Part shown: positions 28,119 to 38,025 of the stretch, one piece after another
Position numbering within the stretch: the stretch's first letter is position 1
Layout of the letters: every line of letters begins with the position of its first letter
Source: Phycisphaerales bacterium
Lineage (GTDB): Bacteria; Planctomycetota; Phycisphaerae; Phycisphaerales; UBA1924
Direction: 5' to 3'
NCBI GenBank assembly: GCA_965227775.1
Contig: OZ245777.1
Coordinates: forward strand, 1,504,001 to 1,568,000
DNA: 64,000 nt
Notes under the pieces: generated by a model
Told to the model about the DNA's origin: nothing
Database searches by the model: none
What the model saw: the letters and a program-made list of their open reading frames with translations, nothing else
Position numbers and translations under genes: made by a program

Positions 28119-29020
28119 TGGCCGGGGTCTTGCGCGGGGGCGCCGGGCTCTGGGTCGGACGCCGGCTCGTCTGCCGGCTCATCGCCGGGTTCACCAAAGA
28201 GGCCGCCGCCCAGCGGCGTGTCCATGGCGCCGGTCCCGTCGCCTTCGCCCTCGCCGCCGATGCCCAGGCCCTCGAGATCGAGCCCGCCGAGGCCGAAGGG
28301 GTCGTCCGCGTCACGATCATCGGCTGCGGGAATCTCGGGCCGCGGCAGCTGCGCGGAGGAGGGCAGGCTCGTGCGCGTCGCCAGCGCGTCGAGGCTGTTG
28401 AGTCGGGCTTCGGCCAGCTGGGCCATCGCGCCGAAGCCGGCATCGCGATCGATGCTCGCCGCGCGCTGGTAGTGCGTGCGCGCGTCTTCGATCTCGCCCA
28501 TCGCCTCGGCGACGGCGGCCATGCCCATGTGCGCCCGCACGAGATGGATGTCGGCCGGCTCGGCATCAACAACCTGCTGGAACGCTTGCCGAGCCTGGCC
28601 CAGATAGCTCGTGCGGAGTTCCTCGTCGAGCAACTCCTCGGCCGGGAACTCACCCGTCGGCCCGGCTTGGGCTCCGATGACCACGCCGCGGCGCACGGCC
28701 GACAAGTAGGCCTCGCCGGCGGTCAGGCGGGCGACGTGGGGGACGGCGCCGACGTCGTCGTACTGGCGTGCCAGGCTCAGCAGGGTGTCGGGGCTGGTGC
28801 TCTGGCTGCCGGTCGCTAGGGCGAGTTGGACGAAGGCCTCGTCGGTCCGCTCGTCGGCCTGCTGGTTGAGGTACCGCCGGCCGCTGAACGCCAGGGCGAT
28901 CAGGGCGATCACGATGAGGGCCCGCGGCCCCCATTTGACCAGGAAGTCCCGGAATTCCTCGTTGATCCGCGACTCATCGAGCCCGGCGCGGTCCTTGATC
29001 TGTCCCTGGCGTTCGTCCAT
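28115..29020 (-). CDS. membrane-anchored TPR-like protein (YfgM-like topology) with acidic tail
   Basis: N-terminal TM followed by helical repeats; stop overlaps the start of the RluA-family gene. Confidence 0.65.
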   Translation of the reverse strand: MDERQGQIKDRAGLDESRINEEFRDFLVKWGPRALIVIALIALAFSGRRYLNQQADERTDEAFVQLALATGSQSTSPDTLLSLARQYDDVGAVPHVARLTAGEAYLSAVRRGVVIGAQAGPTGEFPAEELLDEELRTSYLGQARQAFQQVVDAEPADIHLVRAHMGMAAVAEAMGEIEDARTHYQRAASIDRDAGFGAMAQLAEARLNSLDALATRTSLPSSAQLPRPEIPAADDRDADDPFGLGGLDLEGLGIGGEGEGDGTGAMDTPLGGGLFGEPGDEPADEPASDPEPGAPAQDPGQ

Positions 29021-29029
29021 GTGGCAACT

Positions 29030-29986
29030 TTAGGGGGCCGGCCGCCAGAACGCCCACGCGCCGGGGTGATCGAGGGCGGCGTCGCTCACCAGCCGCTGGC
29101 GAACGAGGCGGGTGAACTCCTCGAGCCCCTCGCCGGTGACGGTGGAGACGGCGACGTCGGCCCAGGCCGATGGGGGGCCGGGATGGAGATCGGCACGCAT
29201 GGCGACCCGCAGATCGCCGCGTTCCGGCTCAAGTCCGGCCTCGCCCGCCCGACCGTCCTGGCACCAGAGGACGAGGTCCGCCGCGTCGATCGCCTGCCTC
29301 GCGAGCGCCTGCGCCTCGGCCAGCACGGCGTCGTCGCTCAGGTCGATGCCCGGCGCGTCGAGCCAGCGGACGACCAGCCCGTCGAGTTCCAGGTCCACCG
29401 CCACCGCGTCGCGCGTCACACCCGGCCGGTCGGCAACGCGGGCGACCGTGCGACCCGCGAGTGCGTTGGCCAGGCTCGACTTGCCGACGTTGGCCGGACC
29501 GGTGGCGACGACGAGGGGTGGGTGGAGGAGGCGGGCCAACTCGCGTGCAATGTCATCCGGGACCTCATCAGGCTTGGACGCCCATCGGGCTGGCTGGCTC
29601 AGCAAGTGCGCGAAGGCACGCTCGCCACGTACGCGGCCGAGCGTGGTAAGCATGCGTGCCTCGATCTCGTCCGCGGCTTCGGGCCAGGAGGGATCGGCGT
29701 CGGAGCGCTCGATGCCCGCTTCGAGCAGCGCGCGGGCGAGCGATCGGCAGACCTGCACGCCGCCGTGGGGGGTGAGTAGCAGGACGGTTTCACTCGGGCG
29801 GATAGCGAGCAGCGTGTCGACCCTCGGCACGGTGCGCAGCGTGGCCTTGCCGACCGCCGGTGCACCAAAGCCGACGGCCTCGCAGGCCGCGTCAATGTCA
29901 CCGACCACCTCGAACACGGCGACGGCCGAGGCGATGCCGGGGGTGGAGCGTTGAGCGAAAGTCGCGGGCACGCGGGAGCGTATCAA
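29030..29986 (-). CDS. short MnmE/TrmE-like GTPase
   Basis: STPGIASAVAV and PHGG N-terminal motifs; G1 GPANVGKSSL, G2 PGVTRD, G3 DAPG, degenerate G4 MRAD, SxxTGEG. Confidence 0.75.
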   Translation of the reverse strand: MIRSRVPATFAQRSTPGIASAVAVFEVVGDIDAACEAVGFGAPAVGKATLRTVPRVDTLLAIRPSETVLLLTPHGGVQVCRSLARALLEAGIERSDADPSWPEAADEIEARMLTTLGRVRGERAFAHLLSQPARWASKPDEVPDDIARELARLLHPPLVVATGPANVGKSSLANALAGRTVARVADRPGVTRDAVAVDLELDGLVVRWLDAPGIDLSDDAVLAEAQALARQAIDAADLVLWCQDGRAGEAGLEPERGDLRVAMRADLHPGPPSAWADVAVSTVTGEGLEEFTRLVRQRLVSDAALDHPGAWAFWRPAP

Positions 29987-30004
29987 GCAGGTGTGTGCGT
30001 GTGG

Positions 30005-31234
30005 CTATCGCGGGTTCTGCAATCGCTCGAGCAACTTCTCGGCGTCCCAGCCGGGCGGGGGATGGTCGTAGACCACGCACGGGCCCATGCCGTCCTCGAC
30101 GAGCAAGGCGATGCGCATGGTGTCGAGGGAGGCGACGTAGATCCCGCGGGAGTGGTTGCCCATGTGCCAGCCGACCTGGAAGACCAGCACTTTACCCGGC
30201 AGGCGGCTGCTCGAGAGCGGACCCGTGAGGAACACGAGGGGCGTCGAGAGCCAGAGATGCCGCTCCCGTCCTCGTGCGTCGGCGAACCTCAGGCCATACA
30301 CGGGGCTAGAGGCGATGTCGTCGAACGAAGCCTCCGAGCCATCGAGCGGTGCGACCCGTAAACGGCGCTCGCGAAACACGCTGGCGGCCGCACCCACGCT
30401 TCGCAGGATGATGGCATCACGCTCATAGAAGTCCCGGTAGGCCGTGTCCGACCAGTCCTGGGATTCGCTCAATTCTCGAAACTCCGGTGCGCGGACCAGC
30501 AAGTCGACGCGCCCGTCGAGCCGTAGCCCGCCGTTGAGCCAGCCGTACTCGGTGGCCTCGGGCAATTCCGTGACCTGCTCGTCTTCGCGGCCATCCAGGC
30601 GAATACGACGCACCGTCTGACCATCGCTCGCGATGTAATACACCCACGGCAGCGCACCGCCCTGTCTGTCTTCGGTCTTTGCCTCGCGCGCGGCGTCGAT
30701 GCCGACCATCGCGGGTTCGCGCACCGAGTCGAACTGGCTGGCCAGCGAGACGTCGCTCGCGACGCCGTACCAGCAGATCAGCCCGAGCGCCGTCGCCGCG
30801 TTGGCAAGGGCGATGGCAGCCATAGCGCGCTTCGGCTTGCGGGGCGAGTCGAAGGTGAGCCAGAGCAATGGCAGCTCGATGAAGAAGCCCAGGAGCGTGA
30901 ACCCGGCGAATACCAACCAGTGCGCCGCGACGATCTTGGAGAGGTAGTCCCCCGGCAGCCAGCCAATCGTCAGCTCCCACGCCCAGACGATGAGCAGCAG
31001 CCCGGCCCATGCCGACAGGTAGTTGGCCGCGATCGCCAGCCACCAAACCCGTTGCCGGGCACCGAACTTCATCAGGATGGCGGCCTCGGCCAGGCCAATG
31101 AAGAGGTTGCCAAGCAAGAGGTGCACGGCTCCCGCCAGCATGGCCAGACTGCCCGCGTTGGCCAACGCGGGACTGGCGGTGATCAGCACCACGATCGTGA
31201 CAAGCATGAGCCGGTAGCGATACACCGCATACAT
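30005..31234 (-). CDS. hypothetical membrane protein with soluble C-terminal domain
   Basis: About five N-terminal TM helices (NLFIGLAEAAIL, ANYLSAW) followed by a hydrophilic domain. Confidence 0.7.
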   Translation of the reverse strand: MYAVYRYRLMLVTIVVLITASPALANAGSLAMLAGAVHLLLGNLFIGLAEAAILMKFGARQRVWWLAIAANYLSAWAGLLLIVWAWELTIGWLPGDYLSKIVAAHWLVFAGFTLLGFFIELPLLWLTFDSPRKPKRAMAAIALANAATALGLICWYGVASDVSLASQFDSVREPAMVGIDAAREAKTEDRQGGALPWVYYIASDGQTVRRIRLDGREDEQVTELPEATEYGWLNGGLRLDGRVDLLVRAPEFRELSESQDWSDTAYRDFYERDAIILRSVGAAASVFRERRLRVAPLDGSEASFDDIASSPVYGLRFADARGRERHLWLSTPLVFLTGPLSSSRLPGKVLVFQVGWHMGNHSRGIYVASLDTMRIALLVEDGMGPCVVYDHPPPGWDAEKLLERLQNPR

Positions 31235-31291
31235 GCGCGTGCCTCCGGCTTGCCTTGTACGCGTGTCATTCTCGCGGGATCCCGAAGAAAC

Positions 31292-32080
31292 TCAGAGACC
31301 AACAAGCCGTCCCAGCACGATCATCGCCGTCACGCCACCCACGAACGCGATCGAGACCGCCGTGCTGCTGGCCTTCTCGAGCGCTTCGGGAATGAGGTCG
31401 TCGACAACCAGGAACACCATCGCGCCCGCGGCCAGGCCCATGCCGAAGGGCAGCAGCGGCTCGAACAGCCACACGAACCACGCGGCGAATGGGGCGGCCA
31501 GCGGCTGGGGCAGGCTGGTGAAGAGCGCCCAGAAGAGGCATGCCCGCACGCTCAGCCCGGCACCCATCAGCGCGAGTGTGATCGCGATGGCCTCTGGAAT
31601 GTTGTGCACCGCGAGCGCGCTCGCGATGCTCACGCCCAGCGTTGGGAGTGTGCCGTCACCACGAAAGTCGGCGCCGAACGCCACGCCAATGGCCACGCCC
31701 TCGGGGAGGCTGTGCACGGTCATGGCTGCGACGATGAGCAGGGCCCGCTTGCCGCCGGACTTTCTCAGGTTGGCAATGTCGAAATCGCCGTTGTTGCTCA
31801 CCCACTTGACGGCCATCCAGTAGAACGCTGCTCCGGCCGCCAGCCCCGCGGCGACCTCCCAGGCCAGCCAGCCTGGGGCCTGGTCTAGCCCCTCGCCAAC
31901 CAGTTGCACGAGGCTGGCCGCCGCCATCATGCCGCCGGCCGCCGCCGAGAACATCCCGGTGAGCCGCTGAGACATGTTCTTGATGAAGAAGAACGGCAGC
32001 ACGCCGAAGGCCATGCTGATGTCGGCGATCACCGCGGCGGCGAAGGTGATGAGCAGGAGGTGGAGGAGGTCGGGGTCCAT
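31292..32080 (-). CDS. ZIP family metal transporter
   Basis: AMTVHSLPEGVAIGVAF and ALAVHNIPEAIAI signature helices. Confidence 0.92.
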   Translation of the reverse strand: MDPDLLHLLLITFAAAVIADISMAFGVLPFFFIKNMSQRLTGMFSAAAGGMMAAASLVQLVGEGLDQAPGWLAWEVAAGLAAGAAFYWMAVKWVSNNGDFDIANLRKSGGKRALLIVAAMTVHSLPEGVAIGVAFGADFRGDGTLPTLGVSIASALAVHNIPEAIAITLALMGAGLSVRACLFWALFTSLPQPLAAPFAAWFVWLFEPLLPFGMGLAAGAMVFLVVDDLIPEALEKASSTAVSIAFVGGVTAMIVLGRLVGL

Positions 32081-32226
32081 GGCATGCAAAACCGCACAAA
32101 ACTAGCGAGGCGAGGCTGGTGAAGGACTTTGGACGGGGGTGAATGAGGCCGATACATCTCCTATTGCGCTCTCAGCGCGGCCCCTATCCTCTATCGGCCG
32201 GAGAGCCGTTATCCAGGGAGACCCGA

Positions 32227-33699
32227 ATGACCCGCCTCGATTCGCAGCCTTCGACGACTTCTACGCCCGCCCTCGCCCCCGGCCTGGCTGGCCATGCCCT
32301 GGCCACCGACCCCGCGATCGAGGGTGCCATCGACACCATCGTGCAGCGCGTCGGCGAGCACAGCGGGGCCATCAACGATGTCCGCCCCGCCCAGGGCGAG
32401 GCCGCCGCCAGCTTCGACGAGATGGTCGCACGGGCCGAGGCCATGAAGGGCCGCCCGCTGCTGTACAAGTACATCGGAAGCGGCATCGGCAACGGCGCTC
32501 TGGTTGAGCTGGCCGATGGCAGCGTCAAGTGGGACATGATCATCGGCATCGGCGTCCACTTCTTCGGGCACAGCCATCCCGAGCTCGTGCGTGCCCAGGC
32601 GCGGGCGTCGATCGAGGACGTCGCCAAGAGCGGCAATCTCATGACCAACTTCGAAGCGTACCGCTTCGGCGAGAAGCTGCTGGAGCTTGCCAAGCGCAAC
32701 AGCCGTCTCAGTGAGGCGTTCATCACGACTAGCGGCGCCATGGCTAACGAAAGCGCGCTCAAGGTCTGCTACCAGAAGAACTACCCCGCCGGCCGCGTGC
32801 TGGCCTTCAAGCACTGCTTCATGGGACGGTCGGTGACGATGGCCCAGATCGGCGACTCGCACGCCGGGCGCGACGGCATCCCACTGACGACGCAGGTCGA
32901 CTACATGCCCTTCTGGAACGAGAAGGCGGCCGAGGAGGTCGGCGGCACCACGCGCTTCATCGACCACTGCGTATGGCGCCTCAACCAATTCATCGAGCGA
33001 TACCCCAAGCAGCACGCGTGCTTCATCTTCGAGCTGGTCCAGGGCGAAGGTGGGTTCAACACCGCGCCGCGCGAGTTCTTCACGGCCCTCATGGACGTGT
33101 GCCGTGACAAGGGCATCGCCATCTGGGACGACGAGATCCAGAGCTTCGGCCGCACCCGCGAGATGTTCGCCTACGAGACGATGGACCTGGGCGACTACGT
33201 TGACGTCTTCTGCGTCGGCAAGATGACCCAGGCCTGCGCCACGCTGTGGACCGACGAGTACAAGCCCCGCCCGGGCCTCTTGAGCGGCACCTTTACCGGC
33301 AGCGCCACCGACTTCTCCGTCGGCACGCGCATGCTCGAGATGCTGGATGAGGGTGATTTTTACGGGGAGAACGGCCTCATCGCCAAGCACCACAAGGCGT
33401 TTCGCGAGCAGGTCGAAGCACTCATCGCCAAGCACCCCGACTGGTTCCCGCCCGCGCTCTTCTGCAAGGATCTGGTCGCCGGCGAGGGTGGCATGATGCG
33501 CTTCACACCCTTCGGCGGCGACAAGGCCAAGGTCGCCGCGGCCTGCAAGGCCTGCTTCGAAGAAGGCGTCATCCTCTTCTGGTGCGGCCACGGCCCGTAC
33601 CACGTGCGAATGCTGCCGCCGCTTGGCGTCATGAAGCTCGAGGACTGGCCGCGCGTGTTCGAGGTGGTGGAGCGGGCGTTGGCGAAGGTGGCCGGATAA
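32227..33699 (+). CDS. astC: class III aminotransferase, probable succinylornithine transaminase (AstC role)
   Basis: SGAMANE, FELVQGEGG, DDEIQSFGRT, VGK; first gene of an operon with astA and astD. Confidence 0.7.
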   Translation: MTRLDSQPSTTSTPALAPGLAGHALATDPAIEGAIDTIVQRVGEHSGAINDVRPAQGEAAASFDEMVARAEAMKGRPLLYKYIGSGIGNGALVELADGSVKWDMIIGIGVHFFGHSHPELVRAQARASIEDVAKSGNLMTNFEAYRFGEKLLELAKRNSRLSEAFITTSGAMANESALKVCYQKNYPAGRVLAFKHCFMGRSVTMAQIGDSHAGRDGIPLTTQVDYMPFWNEKAAEEVGGTTRFIDHCVWRLNQFIERYPKQHACFIFELVQGEGGFNTAPREFFTALMDVCRDKGIAIWDDEIQSFGRTREMFAYETMDLGDYVDVFCVGKMTQACATLWTDEYKPRPGLLSGTFTGSATDFSVGTRMLEMLDEGDFYGENGLIAKHHKAFREQVEALIAKHPDWFPPALFCKDLVAGEGGMMRFTPFGGDKAKVAAACKACFEEGVILFWCGHGPYHVRMLPPLGVMKLEDWPRVFEVVERALAKVAG

Positions 33700-33702
33700 T
33701 CC

Positions 33703-34902
33703 ATGCACGTCATCCGCCGCGCCAAGATCGAAGACGCCGACACGCTGCTGAAGCTGGCCAAGATGGTCCACTTCATCAACCTTCCGCCCGATCGCGACAT
33801 CATCATGGAGAAGATCCTCCGTAGCCGCGAGTGCTTCAGGCACGTTGCGCGAGGCGAGCCGCTCGAGGACGATCCAAAGACGCTCCGCCGCAACCGCGGG
33901 AGCAGCGGCGCGGGCACCGGCCTGCAGCAGAGCCTCAGCGAGAGCGAGCTGTTCGTCTTCGTGCTCGAAGACACCGAGACCGGATCGCTGGTCGGCTCGA
34001 GCCAGCTCGTCAGCTCGATGGGTGGCCCCGGCAACCCCAACGTCGGGTTCAAGATCAGCGAGCGGCGGTTCTTCAGCGAGAGCCTGCACACGGGCATGAC
34101 CCACACCGTCGCCACGCTGCACCTGGACGAGAGCAGCCCCACCGAGATCGGCGGACTGATCGTGCAGCCGGCCTACCGGGCCCACAAGGCCAAGCTCGGG
34201 CGCCTGCTGAGCTTCGTGCGCTTCCACTTCATGGGCGTGTACCGCGACAACTTCGCCGACCACGTGCTGGCCGAGATGATGGCGCCCATCAGCGACGCGG
34301 GCGAGAATCTGTTCTGGGACGCACTGGGCCGGCGATTCATCAACCTGAGCTATGACGAGGCCGACCGCTTCTGCCAGTACAGCCGCGAGTTCATGTTCAG
34401 CCTGCTGCCGCGCGAAGACATCTACCTGAGCTTGCTGCCGCCCAAGGCCCGCCAAGGCGTGGGCCAGGTGGGCAAGGACACGATCCCCGCGCGCAAGATG
34501 CTCGAGAAGCTCGGCTTTGCCTACCAGGGCGTCATCGATCCGTTCGATGGCGGCCCGCACCTGCAGGCCAAGACCGACGACATCCCGCTCGTTCGCGCGA
34601 CCGAGAAGATCAAGCTTGGCAAAGCCGCATCGCCGTCGAGTTGCAAGGGCCTGGCGATCGTCAGCACGCTCGATAGCGAAGGCGAGTACGTCGCGATCCA
34701 ATCGGCCTTCGCGCGAAAGAACGGCTCGCTCTGCTTGCCCAAGGATGCGATGGACGCCTTGCACGCCGACGAGGGCGACGAGGTCGCGTGCACCGTCATC
34801 AACCCGATGCCCTCGCTCGACGGGCCGGCCGAGCCAGCCACAAAGCGCAGCAACCACAAGAAGAAGACCACCAAGACGCCACGGAGGAAGAAGACCGGAT
34901 GA
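33703..34902 (+). CDS. astA: arginine N-succinyltransferase
   Basis: NLPPD, FVLED, GRLLSFVRF, VLAEM, FWDALGRRF, PARKMLEKLGF, DPFDGGPHL. Confidence 0.9.
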   Translation: MHVIRRAKIEDADTLLKLAKMVHFINLPPDRDIIMEKILRSRECFRHVARGEPLEDDPKTLRRNRGSSGAGTGLQQSLSESELFVFVLEDTETGSLVGSSQLVSSMGGPGNPNVGFKISERRFFSESLHTGMTHTVATLHLDESSPTEIGGLIVQPAYRAHKAKLGRLLSFVRFHFMGVYRDNFADHVLAEMMAPISDAGENLFWDALGRRFINLSYDEADRFCQYSREFMFSLLPREDIYLSLLPPKARQGVGQVGKDTIPARKMLEKLGFAYQGVIDPFDGGPHLQAKTDDIPLVRATEKIKLGKAASPSSCKGLAIVSTLDSEGEYVAIQSAFARKNGSLCLPKDAMDALHADEGDEVACTVINPMPSLDGPAEPATKRSNHKKKTTKTPRRKKTG

Positions 34903-36455
34903 CCGCGACCGCCCCAGCAGCCCCGTCGAACCCGCCCAGCAATCTCATCGGTGGAGCCTACCACGCTATCGAGGGCAACGCCCTCGTCTCGTACGACCCG
35001 GCCCAGCGCGGCCGGGTCGTGTGGTCGGGCGCACCCTCGGTCGAGCACGTCGACCAGGCCGTCGCCGCCGCGCGCGACGCTGTGCGTACCTGGAGCCGGT
35101 GGGACATCGAGAAGCGCGCCAGCGTTCTGCTGCGCTACAAGGCGTTGGTCCAGGAGCGGGCGGACGACATCGCCGACCTCATCGCGCAAGAGACCGGCAA
35201 GGCCATGTGGGACTGCAAGGGCGAGGCTTCGGCGCTTGCCGGCAAGGTCGACATCACGCTCGAGCAGGGCGCCCATGCGGGCCGGCAGCGCGTCGCGGGC
35301 TTCTCGCTGGAACTCGGGGCGAAGAAGGAAGGCCGCTGCTGGTTCCGCCCCCACGGTGTGATGGCGGTTGTTGGGCCATTCAACTTCCCGGCCCACCTGC
35401 CCAACGGGCACATCGTGCCCGCGCTGCTGATGGGCAACACGGTGGTGCTCAAGCCCAGCGACAAGGTGCCGGCGGTGGGGCAGCTCATCATCGAGCTCTT
35501 CCAGCAGGCGCTCGACGAGAGTGGTGCGCCCAAGGGCGTCGTGAACCTCGTGCAGGGCAAGGCCGACGTCGCGCAGAAGCTCGTCAACCACGACGGCGTC
35601 GACGGCATCCTCTTCACCGGATCGTGGCCCGTCGGTCGCAAGATCCTCGAGAGCAACCTCGACTCGCCGGGCCGCATCGTCGCGCTCGAGATGGGCGGAA
35701 ACAACGGCGTGCTCGTCATGCCCGACGCCGACCTGAAGCAAGCCGCCATCGAGATTGCGCGCGGCGCATTCGTGACGACCGGCCAGCGTTGCACATGCGG
35801 CCGGCGCCTCATCGTTCATGAGCAGGTCGCCGACACGCTCATCCCCGCGATCCTCAAGGCCGCGGCAGCGATGGTCATTGGCCCGCCGCGCAGCGAAGCG
35901 CCCGTGTTCATGGGCCCGATCATCGACGATCACGCTCGGGATGCCGTGCTCGACTTCCAGACACGCGCTGCCAACAACGGCGGCGAGATCCTCATGCAGG
36001 CCACCAAGCCTGCCTCGCTCGAGGATGGCTCGTACGTCAGCCCGGGCGTGATCCGCGTCGACAAGTTTACCGCGGGCGATGGCGATGACGCCGGCTGCGA
36101 TGTCGAGGTGTTTGGTCCGATGCTGCGCATCACCACGGTCGGTTCCTACGAAGAAGGAATCGAGCAGGTCAACGCGACCCGTTACGGCCTGGCCGCCAGC
36201 ATCTTCACGCACGATGAAGACACCATCGCCGACTTCATGTCTGACGCCCGAGCGGGCTGCGTTAACCTCAATTGCGCAACCGCTGGAGCCAGCAGCAAGC
36301 TGCCCTTCGGCGGCCTGGGCACCAGCGGCAACCACCGCCCCGCCGGCGCGTTCGCGCTCGATTACTGCGCGTACCCCGTTGCCGGCATGCTGGAGCGCGG
36401 CGATGCCGCGGTCGTCGCGCCGGGGATGGCCTTCGACGATTCGTGGCTGGGTTGA
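34899..36455 (+). CDS. astD: succinylglutamate-semialdehyde dehydrogenase
   Basis: RPHGVMAVVGPFNFPAHLPNGHIVPALL, FTGS, ALEMGGNN, GQRCTC, GASSKLPFGG..SGNHRP; ATGA overlap with astA. Confidence 0.92.
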   Translation: MTATAPAAPSNPPSNLIGGAYHAIEGNALVSYDPAQRGRVVWSGAPSVEHVDQAVAAARDAVRTWSRWDIEKRASVLLRYKALVQERADDIADLIAQETGKAMWDCKGEASALAGKVDITLEQGAHAGRQRVAGFSLELGAKKEGRCWFRPHGVMAVVGPFNFPAHLPNGHIVPALLMGNTVVLKPSDKVPAVGQLIIELFQQALDESGAPKGVVNLVQGKADVAQKLVNHDGVDGILFTGSWPVGRKILESNLDSPGRIVALEMGGNNGVLVMPDADLKQAAIEIARGAFVTTGQRCTCGRRLIVHEQVADTLIPAILKAAAAMVIGPPRSEAPVFMGPIIDDHARDAVLDFQTRAANNGGEILMQATKPASLEDGSYVSPGVIRVDKFTAGDGDDAGCDVEVFGPMLRITTVGSYEEGIEQVNATRYGLAASIFTHDEDTIADFMSDARAGCVNLNCATAGASSKLPFGGLGTSGNHRPAGAFALDYCAYPVAGMLERGDAAVVAPGMAFDDSWLG

Positions 36456-37976
36456 TCAGCAGCCCGCGTCGAATAGGTTCTGGAACGCCAGGAAATCGAA
36501 GACCGTGAGGGCCCCGTCGCCGTCGAGGTCGGCGGTCCGGTCGCCCGCGTCAAATAGATTCTGGAACGCCAGGAAGTCGAACACCGTTAGCGCGCCGTCG
36601 CTATTGAGGTCGGCCAGGCACGCGACCACCTCGCCGCCGATGCGTACCAGCCGCGTTGGCTCGTCGGGTGCATTGCTCTCGATGCACACGGTGGCGCTGA
36701 AGGGCCCTACGGCCGATGTATCGACCGTGATCTCATGGGTGTTGCCTTCTCCGCCGGCGTCGTCCCGAAACGCACCCGTCGGCACGCCGATCGGGCCATC
36801 GCCCACGAGCGAATACCGCAGTGGCTGGATGCCGCCGGGCGGCGCAGCGATCGAGTCGTCTCGTTGCCAGAGCGCAACATCACCAGCGTTCGAGACCACG
36901 AGCTGCAATTCGATGGGCGAGCCAACCTTGATGCGCCCAAGATCCAGCACCGGCTCGCTCGCTACACGGGCGGGCAGAAGCAAGTCGCAAAACACCGGCA
37001 AGTGCCCGCTTAGCCCGTTCGTCGAGTCGTAGAGCGCCTGCGCGATCGCTTGGCCAACCATGCGATTGCCCCGGCGGCGGATGGGCGTGTCGAAGCTAGT
37101 TCCGTCGTTTCCCCAGCTCCGATAGCTGTGGTTCGGGTCGTCGAACGTCGTCGTGCTGAACGGCGTGGTCCAGTCGCCCAGATACTCGAGTCCCTCGCCG
37201 TCGAGCAGGTCGTCGCTCATCAGGATCTGGTCCAGCCGATCATCCATCTGTGTGAACGGATCCTGGCTGTGCACGAACACAAACGCGGGGTTGTTCACCC
37301 ATTCGCCAGGCGTGGTGATTGGGTCGTACACGCGGCCGCTATCGATGCGCAGGTCTTCGGTCAGCCGAACGTACGCGGGCTCGGTCGAACGCTTGACGTT
37401 GAGATCGCCGCCGAGCAGAAAGTGCGTGCCCTCGGGCAGCCTCTCGGCGTCGGCCCGAAAGATGATGGCCTCTTCGAGCCGCCGCAGTTCGTCCCCCGGC
37501 TCGCTGCCGGCCTTCATGTGCGTGTTGTACACGACCAGTTGCGCCTCGGATGAGGCGTAACCCGCCAACGTCAGCGTGTAGCGGGTCAGGTTGCGCGGGT
37601 GCGCCGGGGCTGGCCGCCCCGGCGAAACGAGCACGGCATCAACGCTCACAACCTTGCTCGATCGATAGAACACCGCGGTGTCGAGCACCCCCGGCCCATC
37701 GAACACGGGCGCGAGCCGCCAGTCCTGCCCGCCGCGTGGGTCGCCGTTCAGGACGCCCAGGAAGTGATCGGTCGATGTGGCATCGATCTCCTGGATGAGC
37801 AGCACGTCGGGCCGGAAGCTCCGACCCTCGAACGACTCAAAGATCGCGGTCTGGAAGACCGAGTCGAGGTCCGGATCGCCGTCGTAGAACGTCACATTCC
37901 AGATGCCCACGCGGAACTGCGCATGAGCAAGCGTCGTGGCCGCGAGGAGTGCGCTGACGGCGGTCGATCTGAACAT
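36456..37976 (-). CDS. secreted endonuclease/exonuclease/phosphatase family protein with dockerin-like tail
   Basis: WNV, LIQEI, HMKAG, GGDLN, RLDQIL, SGHLPV motifs; signal peptide; tail CLADLNSDG...FQNLFDAGC. Confidence 0.88.
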   Translation of the reverse strand: MFRSTAVSALLAATTLAHAQFRVGIWNVTFYDGDPDLDSVFQTAIFESFEGRSFRPDVLLIQEIDATSTDHFLGVLNGDPRGGQDWRLAPVFDGPGVLDTAVFYRSSKVVSVDAVLVSPGRPAPAHPRNLTRYTLTLAGYASSEAQLVVYNTHMKAGSEPGDELRRLEEAIIFRADAERLPEGTHFLLGGDLNVKRSTEPAYVRLTEDLRIDSGRVYDPITTPGEWVNNPAFVFVHSQDPFTQMDDRLDQILMSDDLLDGEGLEYLGDWTTPFSTTTFDDPNHSYRSWGNDGTSFDTPIRRRGNRMVGQAIAQALYDSTNGLSGHLPVFCDLLLPARVASEPVLDLGRIKVGSPIELQLVVSNAGDVALWQRDDSIAAPPGGIQPLRYSLVGDGPIGVPTGAFRDDAGGEGNTHEITVDTSAVGPFSATVCIESNAPDEPTRLVRIGGEVVACLADLNSDGALTVFDFLAFQNLFDAGDRTADLDGDGALTVFDFLAFQNLFDAGC

Positions 37977-38025
37977 TTCCGAGCATATCGGAAGCACCGA
38001 TTGGCTGCGACGCCTTCGCGAAGTC

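Noticed and set aside
32209..36335. 882-aa and 604-aa minus-strand ORFs
   Set aside because: Antisense shadows of astC/astA/astD
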